DNA of 64,000 bases from Fimbriosthenelais zetlandica (Eukaryota): assembly GCA_977030845.1 (NCBI GenBank), contig OZ365112.1:25792001-25856000 (forward strand), written 5' to 3'. The translations under genes were made by a program, and so were the position numbers. Positions within the stretch are counted from its first letter, which is position 1. Each line of letters opens with the position of its first letter. Of the stretch, positions 12,746 to 26,207 are shown one piece after another. The notes under the pieces were generated by a model, which was given only the letters and a program-made list of their open reading frames with translations, made no database searches and was not told the DNA's origin.

Positions 12746-13520
12746 TCCTGTTGAAAAAAGTCTGATACTAACCATCTGGCTCGCCCCAAGGTGCTTTTGA
12801 AAAACCTCGCTTTCCATGGCCCTGGGCGAGTCCAGTGCTCTAATGTTCACGTTCCCTGGCTGGCAGATGGCTGGGTTCAGATCAGGGAGGAGGCAGGTTG
12901 AACAGGCGTCCTTTACAACTCAGGTAACCATTGGGGAGGAATTAAGAAATGGCATGCCACTTGCCCATCAGATATTATACCCCGCCAGAATGTTTTGCGT
13001 CAGATGTGCAGCTCTAAGTGGAAATAGAAATGCCGCACTATATTGGTTTTCAAAACTGTGATGAGTATTTCTATGAAACTGATCCAGACACATGGGGCCT
13101 TAGTCTATTTAAGGTACAGCATAGTATATCCTATCAGTTCGTATTAATTTTCATTAAACTACAGTACTATTATTATGAAACAAAGTCCAGGCGTATATTG
13201 AAAATATGACACAACGGGAGATGATATTCTCAAACAATATTATACCGAAACGAATGCGATATTAAAAGCTACACCTACTGTTCTTTTGATGTATCCATAT
13301 ATAATATAAAGATAATCATTCTTCTCACATTATTTATAAGATAACAAAAAATAGTTGAGGATGTAAAGAGTGTGTATGACCTATGGCCTGAACAGTAGAA
13401 CACTGAGCCTGTCTGATGTGAAGTGGGGAGTAGTCGGCGCCACTCACCTACACCATCCAGCCACATCAAAGTGAGGCTCAACTCACGAGGGGAAGAGGGG
13501 GAGTCAATCATTTCCTACTG

Positions 13521-13617
13521 GAAAGAGAGAGGTAGTTCATGAGAGAGACAGGGAAAGAGAGGGAGAGAGAGAGAGAAGGGGAATGGCAAGATAGGTGGAG
13601 AGGGGAGAGTGAGAGAA
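13521..13617. repeat. GA-rich low-complexity tract (degenerate (GA)n)
   Basis: Almost pure purine run with several GAGAGAGA stretches. Confidence 0.85.
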
Positions 13618-14475
13618 GTGTAGTACTCGAGAGAGCCCCTACATTCTACAACATAACTATAAATGGACTTGGTATCGGTATATAGCTTACATATATCCAA
13701 GGCAGTTTATTTTTACCCTCTGCCATTATGGCTGTTGGTGTATGGATAAGGGAATGAGGTCCTTGCGTGTTTATATGTGACATTTCATGCGAATATCCTT
13801 TTGATATTTGATGTCCACATCATTAAAATGTCACTGCTTTTAACCTTTCCTCTAAGCCTGTGTATTATTGAGATATTCCGGTCAAATGTACTTTCAGTAT
13901 GTGGCAATTTTTAAACGGCATTTCAAAAAGCTGTAATGTTTCACATAGTACCTGAAGTGAAATAATACTTTTGATCTTCATGCAACTGTGACTTTTTATA
14001 ATGAAGCGACAGCCCTGGACAAAGAACATTTTGAGGAAGACATTTGATATGATGCCTATATAATAAAAAAAGTCCTACATCCCAAGATGGCAGATGCCAA
14101 CCCAGTGACGTCCTAACCGTCCGATTTCTGCCATTCCATCTATTTCGAACGGAAGAAAGAGGCATTCGCAAAGAGACTAAATATAAAGCAATCGCATCTG
14201 ATCTGAGACCTTGTACACCTTGATAAGTAATCGGCGGATCAGGCCGATTTTTACAAACTTTCTGTCGGTCGGACTGTTGATGTGGACCCAGTAAGGTTTG
14301 TATTGATCTTGCTTGAGCATATGACATTGCCCTTATCATGGCATGTAGCCCCCACCTTCTTTTACCACCATAAACACCCATTTGGTGCCAATGAATAACA
14401 CCACGATTCATTTGGCCCGCATTCCATATACAGAAATCCCTCTTGGACATGGGCTGGGAATCACTGATGACCTAC

Positions 14476-14848
14476 CAATTGAGCAACTCAAGCCATTTGC
14501 TTGTGCACCTGGTTCGGTCAATGGGCCAGTGATGGTGTTGTGTTGGAGAGAGCCTTGGTCCTGTGCCCATGACAGATGAGCCACTCTCAGATTGTACATT
14601 GGTGAGCAGGTCAGCTGATAACTCGCTCAATAAATGAAGTTGTGAGCTGCTCCTGGTCTCCAGCTGATCAGACTGTGAGCTGAGAGGGTCAGCAGCTGGT
14701 AGAGGAGTGGGCCTGGTACCTACAGACTGGTGGGTATAGTGGTGGGTGGACATAGTCGTAACATGGTTAACACTGGTAGCTCTTGTACTGTAGCTGTTGC
14801 CTTTCATGGGGTCAATGGAGAAGTGGGACCACCAGCCTGGGCAAGGGG
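14476..14848 (-). CDS. Candidate internal exon encoding a Ser/Thr/His-rich segment
   Basis: Lies within ORF 14472..14864(-). Acceptor-like TGTCTTTGTAG before 14848 and donor-like TTG|GTAGGT after 14476 bracket 373 nt of open frame (APCPGWWSHF...STRATSVNHVTTMSTHHYTHQS...LSSQSDQLETRSSSQLHLLSELS...). No homology recognised. Confidence 0.25.
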
Positions 14849-15734
14849 CTACAAAGACATTCAATGTTAGAACAAAAATTCTTGAAGCTCCTACGCTAAA
14901 GTCCTTGATGGATTTGAAACATCTCCAAAGGACCTATACCCTCCAAGGTGTAAAATGTACCACGTCTCAAAAATCTTTCAGAAATGTTGAATATTTTAGG
15001 GCCGTAGACAGATGAGTATGGTGACACAAATGGGAGGGAAGAAACAGTGGAAAAAGAGGAAGAAACAAGATAGGGCTTCAGAATAAAAGATTTTTGAATT
15101 TGCAGTCCTGTCACGCAGCTCTAGCTCCCTCTTGGTAACAAAGATATGCCGGGCCTCAGTGATTGCTTGATTAGAAATAGAGAAGGCGAGAACAAGGCCT
15201 TGTCGCAGTGGGATTTCTTGCACTTCCAGCTTGCGAAAGCCGCCATTCATTTTGCAAATTTAATAGATAGTGGATGCCATTGCTGTTTCAATATAAACAG
15301 CCTTGACCTGTTTTTTTCTCAAGAGAAGCCCAACCAGACACTTTGTATACACTGCCTATTCAAGGACCGTCTCTTATAACCGCTCTCTTTTGCCTTGCTT
15401 GACCGTATGCCCTGAATAGCGTTTGCGAAGATTGATTACATGGCTCGGCAAAGGCTAAACTCTGTTAGTGTACGCTTTGCATAGCTTCCTCCTTTACAGG
15501 TCATTCTGGGAGGGTCATTCTAATACTGGAGCAGGGCGAAGATAAACTGCCTTGATGTGTTGGTTTACAATGTCTCCTGTTCCCTGCTCTTGTATTGGCA
15601 AGGTCTGTCACAGATCTGACTTCCAGTTGAGCTGGCATGGTCTGTGTACATTTCTGATATCTGACACCGTTAGGCAATGATCATAAACACTGACTGTGTC
15701 GATGAAAAGGACATCAATCGCGTGTGTGACAGTC

Positions 15735-15767
15735 ACCCCAACCCATATGGTTTCCACCAGCCTTCAC
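15735..15767 (-). mobile_element. Tc1-like transposase motif remnant
   Basis: Translates VKAGGNHMGWG, resembling the Tc1-family TVKHGGGSxMVWG motif. The frame stops 6 codons later; no TIRs or other DDE motifs found nearby. Confidence 0.4.
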
Positions 15768-16050
15768 TATAGCTTTCAGAAGTGGCATTTTTTGTTGTCT
15801 CTTGTAGGAAGCAGGGAAGGTCATTGTGGTGATGGTGAATGGTTTCTGCAGCTTGTATAGGTTCTAGCACGTTAGGGCACTGTTAAGGGGTCATGATGTG
15901 CTGCGGTTCTTTGAGAATTTTAATGGGTTTTGGTTTTGGTGGATTGGATGTATTATCAAATCATATATAAACAACTTTACCACTACACACCATTAAACTT
16001 TGATTTTCGTGGCACAGATGACTTGCACAAAGACCACCTAGAGTCCAGTA

Positions 16051-16111
16051 GAATGAATGAATGAATAAACGAATGCATGAATGTATACATGTATGAACGA
16101 ATAAATGAATG
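16051..16111. repeat. Degenerate (GAAT)n tetranucleotide repeat
   Basis: GAATGAATGAATGAATAAACGAATGCATGAATGTATACATGTATGAACGAATAAATGAATG. Confidence 0.85.
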
Positions 16112-18790
16112 GTAGTTTCGCAATGCCAGCAACTTAGTCTGTATCAAGAGGGTCCACTAGTATAGAAGATGGACATGAATGATCCACTATAACTCATTTA
16201 TAACTCTAATCTACTCACAGAGCACGGTGGTGGGGATTTTATGGCTCATGTTTGCATCTCCAGCCGAGGTCTCTGTGTCACTACTGGACAGATACGTCAT
16301 TGCTCATGTCAACATTAGCTGAGGATCTGACATTGATTGGCTGATGCCCCGTGACCTTGCTGAGTGGGTCAGGGTCACAGAAGCATGTGATGAGAGTGGC
16401 ACCCTCTATTTGTCAGCTGAGAAATCACAAGGCTTCACCTCACAGGTCACTGCTGCCATATTAACCAAGTTATCTTTAGCATTACAACGATAACCTCTCA
16501 CTGATCCTAACATATCATTCTAATGTTATTCACAAAGGCCAAGCTTTGGCATACTCTAGTATAATATATGGCAACCTACACTGAAACCATCCCAAGAAGC
16601 GTACGGTATAGTACTCTGAGATCTGCCATGAAACAGAAAGAAGCTCAACTATTTTGGTTTGAGACATCACAAAAGAGGCTATACATCTCCACATACAAAG
16701 AAGGCCGCTATAAGTCAAGGAGGAATCAGGTTTATTGATCGCAATCTTTTGCCGGATATGAAGAATACCTCCCCTGTTTAAAAGGAAGTCAGATGAAAGG
16801 GAGAATGATTTAACTCCAAGCCGTTTAACCCTCTTACATTGTCGATGGGGCATCCAAGTTACTGATACCTTTCCTATACTCTGTGATTGAGTATTTATGC
16901 TGTCCGTTGGGATTGCAAGGGTTTATGTTCTGGGAAGAACACAGAGTAAACAGTGGCACTTGTCGCCAGAGAAAGTAAGCAGGAGGTGCGGATACATGGG
17001 AAGCTAGAGCTCAGAGGTCAGTGATTTCATTGCAGGGGACCTCCGAGTTGGCCATATTTAGAAGAAACTGAGCTGTACTGTGGAAGAAAAATATGACAGG
17101 ACTGGCAGCATGGGGCCTCCAAGCTTTAAACAGATTTGAAAATCCTGTTTGTGAGCTATGAAATGTGGCCTCATTAAATTGTCCCGCTGCCTTGTTATTT
17201 CCACAAGGCCGTCTGCCTCGTGTTAAGAATGAGTGGAGGAACTGAAGAACCCTCCTGATAATTCACGCCATATTGTATCTCAAAGATGGCACTTCATCCT
17301 AACGTTCACAGCACGCGTTGTTACAGTGTTTGTCCCTCTTCCCCCCGCTCTCCACCAATCTACAGAACAACCTCGGATCATTGGTTATTTTCAGCCACGG
17401 GATGTGACGTCACATTTTAACGAGGATCCTCGGGAACGAAAAGATTCCCGGATAGAGAAAAAACTCGTCTCGACCAAAATGTGACAAGGTTTCTAATGAG
17501 ACTATCCTCTTTCCCATCATTTCTGCTCACTTAAGAGAGACTGCACGCCCTGAATTTATTAGTCAAATCCGCTTTGTTTTCTTGCTCTTTTAGCTCCAAT
17601 TAATATTGAGGAAGGGGAAGGAGCACTTGGTAACTCTTGAAGAGCGTCCAGGTCTTCCTAATCCTTTATACCCAGAAACCCATTAGCCTGCTAAAGCATG
17701 AAATTGATTTGTTCAGCTTCAATACCTTTAATGCACTTCTTGATTGTCCATTTTTGGATTGTCAGATTTTTAATGCAGTTCGTGTATCAAGATATATGTC
17801 CTGGTATAAAAATCAGTCTAAAAAGCCTGGGCGGCGCTGGTACCTCCATGTGGTCTGGCTACGCAACAGACTGGATGTTATTGGAAGACGTGACAGACAG
17901 ACATCATGACGTAGTACACTTAAACTGATTACGTGGCAACCTTGGGGTGAACTTGGAGCTCTCACTCTGCAGGGCACAAGTGAAAAGCAGCTCGTACGAG
18001 CAAGTGTTCTCTAGCCTCCCACCGTGTCCACCCAATGACAGTGTGAGATGATACATGCCTCTCAACTTGCCAGGCATCTCAAACTGTCAGAGACAACCAT
18101 AGGGGGTGGCCTGTTAATTGGAGGCTACTTCGTGAAAGAATTTGAAGGTTGGACCATGGCGCCTCAAAACTTTGCCTTTAGAGCTTATAGTTGAATATGG
18201 CTGAAGAATGAAGGAAATGTGATGCCAGATTTTGCCTACCCTGCAGAATTTTCGGAGCTTGGGAAACATTTATAACTCGCCTCTTGCTTCTCTACTCTTT
18301 CAGCCCTCTCCTCTTTCAATCTAAGTTTCTCCTCACTAACTGTATAGGATATTTATGAGTTAAATGGATATTTGATATCCGTAACTTGAATACTTACACA
18401 GCCTGAGATTTAAATCCCTTTCTTCTCCAGAGAACATCCATTACAGCATTCTCATCTCGACTATACATAATCCTCATTAGATATTCCGCTATTCGCTTCC
18501 TCTCATGAATCAAACTTTTATCTTTAACAGCTCTTGGGTTTAAGGAAAATCAATCTGATTCCTTCTAGAAGCAAAATTTCCAGCCATTCCATTTACCGGA
18601 ATGAAATCTCCTTGCAGAGGAGTGCCCAAATTTCTGCCCCCTTTTTTCGAAAGCGTCCCTGGCTGGCTGGCTGGCTCCGTTCTTCTTCTTTGAGTGTTTT
18701 TTTTGTGGAAAGTCATTTGTCGGGGTTCTGCTTTGTAGCAGATATGACATGGAACTCCTCGTGTCAGATCGATACAAAAGGTTGATGGGT

Positions 18791-19060
18791 TTCACGTGAT
18801 GCCCCCACACAATGCCCCATCACCACGTAATACAATCATCACGTCGCTTTATCAGTCACATGCGCGCCATTTAATCTCCCAGACCGCGCGCCGACCCATC
18901 CATGCGTGACGCATCCACCAAGACGGCCACGCCTCCATCTTGTACGCCACTTTTTTCTTGGCGTAGTCACAATGCAATATGAGATGTGAAGCCCCGTATG
19001 ATGAAAGGCCCCGCCGTGCCCCGCGGTCAAGTGGCTCTCTGATTGCTTGTGGTCCGCTGT
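18791..19060. promoter_or_regulatory. Small CpG-rich island with promoter-type motifs
   Basis: About 22 CpG in 270 bp by hand count, versus 12 in the first 600 bp of the window. CACGTG 18793-18798; GCGCCATTT (YY1-type, minus) 18864-18872; near-palindrome TGCGTGACGCA 18903-18913. Confidence 0.45.
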
Positions 19061-22000
19061 AATTATGGCCTAAATCAACGTCTAGTATTGCTTGAAATAA
19101 CCACAAAATATTGGATGGATCTAATCTTTTATTGGAGGGCAAAGTGATCCAAAGTATCCCTGTTTGCTGGCCTTACGCACCTTCTTCCTGCAAATGTTAT
19201 CTGTTGCCCAATGATATATTAAGGGTCAATTCTAAAGGTCCTTTTCATAACCCGGGATGTATACCTAATAAGTGAACCAGCCAGAGTATTTTGCGCATTA
19301 TTTTTCTCGAGTAACTTGGAATATTTTCCTTGCGTCTCTTTTTTGGGTAGTTGGTGGATGGTGGATACTCATCAGGAGCCTAAAGCAGGGGTTTCTTTTA
19401 CGCCCTTTTTTCATGCCCCGCTTTCAATACCACAATGATAACGTCCCTGCCTAATATGGCCCCAGGCGATCAGTGTCATGTTCACTTGTCGTTCACGCCC
19501 GCTCCCTCCAGATAGCCTGACGAGTTAATTAGTCGTGTAGCCTCACCACGGGCAAAATAGAATAACCTTTTATGAGATGAGATTAAAAATGTTCATGTCA
19601 GAAACATAAAGATGGCTTTAATATATCATGGAGCAGGAGTGAGTCACGGACGCTGGTCCGAACAAAAGGTGCTGGACTTCAATGTCACTCTAATCAATTG
19701 CTTTATCTTCACAAAGCTTCACATGGAGTGCGACATTTAAAACTGGGCGGGGGTTCGATAGTCATTTCATATTGATAGGTCCGCTCAAGGGTAACCCGTT
19801 CATTGAGGAGCCAATTTCTCGTAAACGACACCGAGGGATGATTGAAAAATGCCTAGGATAATTCGTTGATAGGTTTTGAAGGTATAAAATGATGAAAGCC
19901 TCGGCAGGCAATGGGAAGCAGGCGCAATGTGTTAACACCCTTTCTCTATGTGAATACCAAAAGCTATTAATCTTTTTCATTAGGTTTGATCCGCGCCAGC
20001 CTGAGCAGATCCTCCTGCTCGCTGATGAGGGGCCTTTACATAGAAAACACAAGAGATGCTCACCATTAAACCTTGGTATAAGACCAAGGTGTAAGTTTAA
20101 AGCAGCTCTTTCACCGATCGCTTCCCTGTAGAGGGTTTCAGACTTTTAGTTCTGTTCCTCTATCATCTGGCAGCACTGTAGAATGTTCTTGGAACTTGCA
20201 TGACCCATTTATGAGCTGATACCAGATCCAATGCCCAGGCCAGAATGTTGCTCATTCTAAACTTTGTATGACCTAGATGCTGATATCCCAGCCAATGCCC
20301 AAGCTGGTATATAGGTCAAACTGATCAGATTGACCATTGGTGGGAAGTTCAACACTAATCACTCAAAGTCCTGGATCCTACCAATGCCTTTTCTGACACA
20401 AACCAATGTATGCATTCCCAGTTGAAAATTGAATGGATATAAAGTTTTTGTAGCTTTTTGACTGATGCTTATATCAATGAGTACCACCAATGTCTCGTCG
20501 GTCTGAACCTAGGCCTGTCACTGATCGGTGATAGTACCGCTTTATCTATCTCCCTGTTTTTATTATGAAATCAACCCTCAGATCATTCACTCATCTGCCT
20601 TCAGCGCTGAACGATCCTCCACTATGAGGTCGTATGAGCAGCTCGTAAGGCAGGCTGTATAATCGGTACAATCAGAGTGTGATTAAGCTCCCAAATCGAG
20701 TGAGCAGGCTTATAAACACTCCAACCCACCACATCATATTGCTGCGTGTAAGAGTGCTAATTGCTGGCCTTTGTCTGGCTCCATGTACCAGCGCCACCAT
20801 CACCACCTACCTGCTCTGATAAGCCACGTAGTACGTTCAAGGGGTAATGCCCCTGTTTTTTGTGATTGCGTCAGTTTGTAAATAATTCATCATGAGCAGG
20901 CATGTAAGTTCACATGGCACTACATCATTCATCATCCTCATTTCGAGCTGCTCCCCGGGTTAGAGTGACAATAATTGATCGATTGTTTTGTGCCTCTGAC
21001 ATAGCTCTATTCATATTCATGTACATTTCCATATTCCTCACTCAACGCCGCCCCACGCCAAATGATCCATGGCCTTGCTACTATAAAGGGGGGGTCAGAC
21101 TTCCCACACTCCTTCTCTTAAATGACAACTATGACATATTATGTTCCATAACCAGGGATGGATTGGAATTTTCTTCTTTTTTTACTTACTTTTTTTTGTA
21201 CTTTTCCAGTGCTAGTACTACGATAGGTCCATTGTAATATATGATGGAGTCTGTCTCCTGAACTAGCCCATATATAGGAATGTTTTTTATCTTCGTTTCC
21301 GATGATCATACCAGCTCGTGACTTCTTGAGAAAGAGAGAATGTAAATGAGGAAAAATAGGAGTAAAAAAGCATCGTCCCCTGCGGAACTATTAACTTTTT
21401 GTAGCCTCGTTTTGCACCTTTTTCATCCAGTGCTCTCACTTATGGTGAGTTTTAGGGAGGAATAAATTACTTCCATTTGACATTCAAAGTCAACTTTTTC
21501 TTTCTGGTGGGCGTTGCTCTATATGACTGTGATTGAATGCAATTACAATATTTCTGACTTTTATGGGCAATTCAAAACTTTATTTTAGATTCGGAATGCA
21601 TTTGGTCTGATGATTGGATCCTTTCATTGGGCTTTCTAAGTAAGATTTCAGTTGTTGCAATACAAAATGACTGCATTATTCAATGAAAATGACCATTGTT
21701 TAGCAAGCAGTCTGGACACTAACATTGGTATGTAGAAATCAATGTTACACATCCTTCAAAAGAACCTGCTTGAGGATTCCGCTCTGCGATCCGAACACTT
21801 CCTTTCCCAATGGCAACCCCAAATGTCCCATCGTAAATCATTGGCCTGTAAACTTGTCTTTAGAAAAAAGTCTGGCCAGATTGACTTTTGAATATGGGAA
21901 GCAGGTCAGGTATGAGTCCAAAAAAAGATAACAAAAAGAACTATTGACATATAGGCAAGACATCCATCACACACGGCCTTGTGCTGGCCGACATGGTGGA

Positions 22001-24778
22001 TCGGTCTAGTCAGAGAACTGGTAAATGATTTAACATCCCTTTGAATTTTAATTAAAATTGGGAGTTGAGAGCTGTCAAGATGATGGATCTGGAAGTATCA
22101 TGCTAGCGACCCCTCTATATGACGGGTGAGCACGGACACACCCCCTTTCCTGCCCTTGTAGTTGGTTTCTTCCTAAATTCAATACAGAAAAATGAGCAGT
22201 ATATATTTATAAATACCTTATTTCCTCCATAGCCTGCGTTAGTGGACTTTCGACGATGGAATTTCGAGAGAACTTCCATTGAATTATTCAGAACCGATGA
22301 GAGGCAAAAATACTTAGTTTACTGAGCACTCGTCAAGTGACCAATAGACATTCTAAGATCATCTAAATATCTACCTTGAAATAACTGAAACATAGACTGT
22401 CTTACTGTCTTACTATTATGCCCTACATAGTCCACACCAAGCAGTAGATAATGGGCTGTAAACCTTTCAAATTTCGATGCCTTTTCCTTAAATGCAACCA
22501 TTTGGATTTTTGTTCACAAGAACATATCCCAGTAATTATGCAGAGGAAACCCAGAAGATGGAAAGTATACGGCTGCGATCCCTCATTGAATTGAGAGCGT
22601 TTACACTGCTCAATAAACAAATGCCACCAAGAATAGCTTTTTAATGGGAACATCAATTCAGTTCATACACTCAATAATTCAGTCCATTGTAAAGTCCATT
22701 AGATTGAATATATTCCGCTGAGACGATTTAGAGATTTACGGATATTATAACAATAGGATATCTATAGGGGATTAGCTCTCGGCCTTTGAACTAAAGCCAT
22801 GCTATTTGCCATGGATTTTTCCCCATGGAAATCTTCCGTTAAAATTTCATGCAGCGATCCCTATAGGATCACATTTTATCATTTCATGATCATATCAGGG
22901 ATTCTGCGATTTGGGAATTTGCTGAGAAGTAGGTCACAGTACAATTGGATCGATGATTTCCAATTTTAAAAGCACCGACTTTTAAGTCTCCTCAGCCCTT
23001 CACAAATAGAAGTACCAGCTTCGTTTAGTGTTCGTATCTTATTAGCCCAAACCTCTCTGAGACATTTTGTCATATCTATAGCATTAATTGTGAAAGCTAT
23101 ATGTCTGGAGTTCTCCCCCTTCGGACCCGACTCTATTGTACCTTTTTAACATACAATAGCATGATTGATTACTTAATTGTTCTCGCGAGACGATTCTCAT
23201 CACGCCAAAGTCAAATCGGTAATTAGGACGAAATTTAGTACTCGCTGCCTACTATATTAATTGATTCGTTGTAATATGTGAAGGTCCATACATTATATTA
23301 TGCAGACCTGGGTAAAAATAAACATCCTCTAGCGTGCTTCTACCAAATCAATTCCACAACACTAAAGAGCATACATTATCAATTCTTGAAGCTCCTGTTT
23401 GCATCCCATTTCCATAGAGATTTCCTTACTCTTTCCTCCTAATCCATCATGCAAGCGAAGATGAGAGGTTTTTCTCTCGAAAGAAGCCTTTCTTTCGACA
23501 ACCAAAAAAGTAACCTTCAAGATAAAAAGTGCCACCTATAAGGTTAGGGAGTAGAACTATTGATTTCCGAAGTGGAATTCGATGCCCTGTTTCCCGGCAG
23601 TAACGTTCATCGTGTGCGGCCATGATGGCACCCCTCGAAAGCTTAAATTACAGCTATCAATCCCAGGTAAATGGTGGGCCGTAATGGAGATAACGAGACC
23701 TCTCTATCATCCTGAAAAACAATGATATATACTTACCAATTGTTTCAGGAAACATTCATGTACAGCTTTCATGCATGTACATGTATCGTCTATTGAACTG
23801 AACACGAGAAAAGTTGATGTTTTAAATCGCTCGATTCAATAAAACGTCTGCACTGTATTGGCCGTTCAATATTTGAATGGATTTCCAGTCTCGAGTATTG
23901 GCATAACTTTGTATGCTCACCATGTAGACCAATACTTCTTCATTTATTATACAGGAGGCTAGCAAGAAACCTGTGTACACTTACATCACCTATGCTTATG
24001 CCGCGTTATATCATAGACATACAATATTCATAGATTATTCTCATCAAATCTGTATGCTACATGGCCGCCGACACTTGTGTTAGCCAAACCAAGCTGTCAC
24101 ACTCCTCCTTTTCTCTAACTGCCCTTGGGCATTCATAATTACATGTGCAGGGACCTGCCTTTTTGGCTTGGGATGCCATTATATTTTTTATATATTTTTT
24201 GTTCATTCTTTTGAAAATATTTCCCCTGGTTATGGACACACGAACTGCATGTTAGTGTAGATATCAGTGTTTATACTGTCTGGAATCGTGCTTCCTCCGG
24301 AGCCGAAAAGTTGTAATATTTTGGTTATAAGAGACTTTCCTACCATGTAAAATGCTCAATTCTTCATCTTAAGACAATGGTTTCATACCAACTTAGTTCC
24401 TTCCATGCTCCATTCATTGCATGATGAATGCGGGGCATGTTTCATAAAAATACACTCCATTAGCCAATGGTAAGTCTGTGGCCTAATGAAGTGTACTTTC
24501 CTCTGAAACCGTCCCCGATCTCATAAATAACCCAGTTACCTGTTTTTCTTCTTTTTTTTGTCATTCTTCTTCTTCGCGACTTTTTAATTGAGAGAAGACG
24601 CGAACAAATTACTGCCTGACATTCATGCTTCTAGTAATTGAGTGGATTCATTCATGCCTCATTTGCATAAGAATGTAAAACGTGAGAGAAGTCAAGCACT
24701 AATTATGCTTAATGTGGCCTGGTTAGCGCCTCGCCAATACGTGTCAACTTACTTCCATACAACACACTTTCATTCTGT

Positions 24779-24802
24779 AAAAAAGAAAAAGAAAAAAAAG
24801 AA
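24779..24802. repeat. A-rich tract (AAAAAG-type), possible decayed poly(A) tail
   Basis: AAAAAAGAAAAAGAAAAAAAAGAA; no recognisable SINE/LINE body upstream. Confidence 0.7.
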
Positions 24803-26207
24803 CTCTTAATTAAGTTTCCAAAGATAAAAACAAACTTGTTTAAGTGGCATTATTTTCAAAACATGTACTTATCCCACTTATTCATGATATAGGTGACGTT
24901 GTAATAGAAAACAGACCCTCATATCTCTTACATTAACCAGATCTAAAAGAATGTTTTATTTTAATGAGGCATTAGTGTCAGAGGCAGATTTGTTGTATGT
25001 CTTACTCGTTGCTTACGTTTAAGTGTGAAACAATTGTACTTTGCAAATCATGTTTAATGTTACTGTTTTATGATCTACTTCTTTCAATGGTAGTCGTCGT
25101 TTTCTCATATAGCCTACTCTAATATAATATACTGCTAAAAGGAATCTCCATCAATCTAATTTAGCAAGCATTTCACCTCGAATTAACGCTTACCACATTA
25201 TAAATGATTCATTATCGTCAAAATATTCTGAGGTTGTTTACAACCCCTGTGAGGACATTGGTTACCACATATACTATCGTTTTCCATTATATTGATTACA
25301 TTTACATATTTCCATCAACCCGATTGATCAATTGATCATTTCTTTGTCTTTCAGGTGAGAATGCTTTTCATCATCGCCAGTGGAAGCCACACAGAGGGGG
25401 GCAAATATTTCACCAGCATTCGATCACCAGCCCATAAATTCCTATTACCTACATCATTGATGCGGTAAAGCCCTATCATTAACATTAATATTTTATCGAC
25501 GCACGTGAACAATTGCATGCCAAAGCATCATTTTTTTCCACCCGGCTGCAAAAGAAGTTGGCCTTGCCGGTCACGCTATGCTTAGATTCATGTTTTCAGG
25601 CTACCTTATAATGACCGCCCTTCACTATACTGTATCCGTATAGTATAGTGTTGTACAACCCAGTGTTAAGTTCTAATGGACTTACGTAATTTAAAATCAT
25701 GCTTAATTCATGTTCTTTAATGCACATGGTGCTGGAGTTTATTCTATCCCTTTGTGGGTATACAGTTGGTAGCCCACCTATAACATACCCTTCGCTATTT
25801 AATCAAAACTCCAGTGACTTTCTATTGGCATCTCCTCTAGCATCAGTTTAGACCCATGGTTTTATACATTCTGAGGCTTAGCTAAAACTGATTCCATGAA
25901 TCGATGAAACGTCCCATTGCTAGGAAGGTTAGAAGTGATCTGAACAAAGCAATGACAATTTTATTCAGATATTTGACCTAGAGTAAACTGTATAGTGAAC
26001 AATATAATATCATACCCAGACTTAGCTGGCCAGTCTGCTATAGTAACTATTGGCCCCAGATCTCTTCCTCCATTGTGCTCACCTAGGTGGCGGATCCTCT
26101 TATGACAGGAAGCAACAAGGGTAAAATAGCCAATAGCTGTAATGGAACATGCCAATCTCCACAATGCTGCCTGCTCCTCGCTTCATTAACATCTCTAGTA
26201 CTTTACA

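Noticed and set aside
13941-14450. 169-aa ORF (minus)
   Set aside because: No recognisable domain, Arg/Trp/His-rich random-like composition, and no convincing splice boundaries.
20022-20046. CTGATGA...GAAA hammerhead ribozyme core
   Set aside because: The intervening bases cannot form stem II and stems I/III are absent.
22358-22369. RYLDDL (YxDD) on the minus strand
   Set aside because: A few YxDD tetrapeptides are expected by chance, and there are no supporting RT motifs at proper spacing.
23477-23498. 9-bp perfect hairpin TCGAAAGAA-GCCT-TTCTTTCGA as a terminator
   Set aside because: About one or two such stems are expected in 64 kb; no U-tract, no upstream gene, and the context is eukaryotic-like.
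26018-26035. DWPAKS as the Tc1 WPxxSPDLNPIE motif
   Set aside because: The PDLNPIE part is absent.
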